Below, piece by piece: positions 61,801-64,000 of a stretch of 64,000 nucleotides of DNA. Location of the stretch: the NCBI GenBank assembly GCA_002633005.1, contig NMRA01000096.1:62001-126000 (forward strand), in the 5' to 3' direction. Under the pieces are notes generated by a model, which saw only the letters and a list, made by a program, of their open reading frames with translations, did not search any database and was not told where the DNA came from. This DNA comes from Phoronis australis (taxonomy: Eukaryota > Animalia > Phoronida). Positions within the stretch are counted from its first letter, which is position 1; every line of letters begins with the position of its first letter. The position numbers were made by a program, and so were the translations under genes.

Positions 61801-63137
61801 CATGTCTATGACGTATCACGATGCTTTAACAAACATCAGAAGATTACCGAAAGTATGTCGGTGAGATCTAGTTCTTTAAACTATGTCACTTTCGTTTGCA
61901 ATATCAGTACTTAAGTCACACTTAAGATAACCTGTGTTATTGTCTGTGTTTTAATTGCAGAATTCAAGAAGACCATCCAATTATGTCCTTCACAGTCAAT
62001 GAGACTGAACGTCTTGCCTTGTTAAATGTTGAAAAACAGGTATTGATCTGTATTATTGTGAGTGTTAACAATGTTTACGAACACCATATGTCCATGCCAT
62101 AATTGCCTGATCAGTTGATAAGTTCAGGAAGTACTTATTTATCATTTTATGTTAAGGTGGCACTCAACAGTTATTGCTGGTTTGGGGCTTGAAATCCAAT
62201 TGCAGGCAGCTCCAACACTGTTTCACTCAAAATACCCTGTCAATCCAACGGATGCCAATTTTTAATTAAATTTGGATGTATACTCCACCGTGGCTCAAAA
62301 AAATATTGGCCTCCTGTAATACACAACAAAATGATTTGGAATTCGCCATTGCGACAGCTGTGTGGAAGCTAAGTTAGTCATCAGTGTCGCCTTCCCTTGT
62401 GATTGAGATTGAAGGGAAATTAACAGAAAAGTTTCTAAGGTATTTAGTTCACTCTGCAATTACAACTTTGCTACCACGATGGTTATTACCTTTTGCTATT
62501 AACAGAATTGGCCATCATCACGGGAAACGGTATAATTTGTACGATTACTTTGTCGTGTACTGTAAGTCACATGTCAGTCGTATGTTCCCCTAGGCACTGT
62601 TGTGCTTTTCATACCAAATTTGTATGAGGAAGTGTTTTTCTATGCTCAGTTCTGGATAGCACGCCTGGTGCTAAACTGTGATAACAGGAGTTCTAATTGT
62701 CTCGCGTAGCTGTAAGCGTGGCCAGGGTGCACAGTTTAGTGGGGTAAAGTTTTGCCAATTTATGACTAAAATAATTGCCAAAATTGATATTTATTGATTT
62801 TTCAATCTGATAGCAATGTTGTGAATGCCTACAGTTTCTCAAAGATTGCCTACTGGTACCTGCGGTATAGAACATCACATTTCATCAAACATTTATCTGG
62901 TGCCTCTTTCATTTGTGCAAAAGTAGAATAACAGATTTCACTTTTCTGTCATACTGTGGCCTTGATTGGTGTGTGTTTACCATACCCATAAACCTCTGTC
63001 TGTTTAGGGAGTCCACTTGTGGGATATCAAGGACCGTTGCTTAGTGCGCAAGTACCAAGGCATCACGCAAGGTTATTACACAATACACTCTTGTTTTGGT
63101 GGTGTCGACCAGAACTTCATTGCCAGTGGCAGCGAAG
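40801..63137 (+). CDS. WDR26: WD repeat-containing protein 26 (GID7, CTLH/GID E3 ligase subunit): LisH-CTLH-WD40; continues beyond the right edge
   Basis: 12 GT-AG exons in phase: 40801-41006 (MQTNG...[17 protein letters not shown]), 48539-48638 ([23 protein letters not shown]), 51952-52008, 53622-53758 ([17 protein letters not shown]), 54924-55021, 55984-56140 ([19 protein letters not shown]), 56497-56635 ([14 protein letters not shown]), 57643-57783 ([15 protein letters not shown]), 57954-58073 ([10 protein letters not shown]), 61488-61630 (DSWEGVRV...[13 protein letters not shown]), 61961-62039 (QEDHPIMSF), 63008-63137 (GVHLWD...KYQG...FIASGSE). Confidence 0.96.
42025..42613. mobile_element. 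Non-autonomous TIR element (~590 bp) in WDR26 intron 1
   Basis: ~45-bp imperfect TIRs: ggggtcactcatgttgacaaggtgcccgcaggtgtacaccaaaaat / atttttggtacacgcctgcggtcaccttgtcaatatgagtgacaccc. Confidence 0.7.
43980..44218. mobile_element. MITE copy (GTAAAATCTCACCAAT family)
   Basis: gttaaaatctcaccaat ... aaattggtgaaattttac; internal similarity to 45802-46037 (aattgccaaa..tttttcattttt..gctatgg). Confidence 0.55.
45802..46037. mobile_element. MITE copy (GTAAAATCTCACCAAT family)
   Basis: gtaaaatctcac ... aaattggggagattttac. Confidence 0.55.
51591..51821. mobile_element. TA-flanked MITE family (GTAAAATCTCACCAAT...ATTGGTGAGATTTTAC); diverged relatives at about 28418-28610, 29515-29731, 43980-44218 and 45802-46037
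   Basis: TA|CGGTAAAATCTCATCAATTT ... AAATTGGTGGGATTTTATTG|TA. The same terminal motifs recur about 190-240 bp apart at four other intronic sites. Confidence 0.6.
52826..53081. repeat. 50-bp minisatellite x5
   Basis: tgaataaagtttagtcaagtatctatgagagcattgcagtNaaaaataat at 52826, 52876, 52926, 52976 and 53027. Confidence 0.95.
56812..57090. repeat. Two local tandem duplications (51 bp x2 and 57 bp x2)
   Basis: gagatNatttctgtattatttctacactt...gatgtgctcacaattacttg twice; ttttgaatcttgacctaNtttcatgtaacataccctagatgtgtgacagtacgtctatgt twice. Confidence 0.8.
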
Positions 63138-64000
63138 GTATGATCCATCATTTCAGAAAGGATTGTCTTTGCTGAGTCTCTGGTTCACAATTTTGTCAAC
63201 CAACATTTTGCTCTGTAATATTTTGTCGGTGACCTGGATTGGACAATCTTTCACGAAAAATATAGGGCATTATGCATTTTTTAGTTGAACAATGCTAGTG
63301 ACGTCATGCCAGCTATTAAAGACTTACGACCAATGACGAGTTTTATACAACAAATCCTAAATCATCAAGTGTAAATCCTGAATTAAATAATCTTTATTAA
63401 ATGACGGAACATCTTTCAGTAACGGAGCATACACAACAATTTTAAAGATATTTCAGCAATTGTCAGATGTAACATGCCCGCATTTTGAGAGCAAGTTTTC
63501 TCCTCGAATAATGGGCATCAAACTGATTATCAAAATGTGGGTACATTATATCTGACTATAGCTTACATTTCAATACTAATTGTTGGATGTAAACAAAAAT
63601 CCTGCGCTGAGGTTTGCACTTGACAGCTGTCAATTGGTTAATTTCATTTAGATGTCATGTACTGTAAGAGCTTATTTGCTAGTCTATCAAGTATACCAAA
63701 CCGTTGTGCATTAATGCATTTTGTGACATTACTGTTAAACATTGACTACTAACTACACCTGGTGTGTAACAGCCATTGCATGTTGTGAAATTGCAACCCA
63801 GAATTCCAACTTGCTGCGGTTACTCTTTCCAAACCAAGAAATCACTGGTAATCTGGGTAAAGTGAATAAGAGCAATTGTGATGGATAAAGTGGTGTTTCA
63901 AGCATGGGTATTCATCCGAGCAAAAATGCAATATCGTTTTTATTTGTACGGATGCTGAATGTAAATCTTTGACTTAGGAGCTTTGTAAAGCATTACCCCA

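Overview
Intron-rich, AT-rich genomic DNA from an invertebrate animal; the repeat types suggest a mollusc or other lophotrochozoan (inference). Three spliced genes were reconstructed by hand from GT-AG exons with consistent phases. (1) The 5' part of EIF2AK4/GCN2 on the minus strand (14 coding exons, RWD and pseudokinase domains, running off the left edge). (2) A head-to-head, 15-exon, ~996-codon secreted alpha/beta-hydrolase (peptidase S9-like, GHSMGG) on the plus strand, intact except for one in-frame TGA at codon 425. (3) WDR26 on the plus strand (12 coding exons, running off the right edge). Most notable: a conserved-looking, AUG-less, NLS-bearing N-terminal extension of WDR26 with a CUG in strong Kozak context; the lone in-frame UGA in the hydrolase; a tandem array that multiplies the GCN2 exon-4 splice acceptor; a decayed Kolobok transposon (THAP plus a P2X7-ballast/KolX-like remnant) with a nested Helentron-type element; a probable polymorphic Kolobok insertion assembled as both alleles; and an inverted pair of tRNA-like units. 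Most ORFs in the supplied track are spurious. All homology statements are from recall, not database searches.
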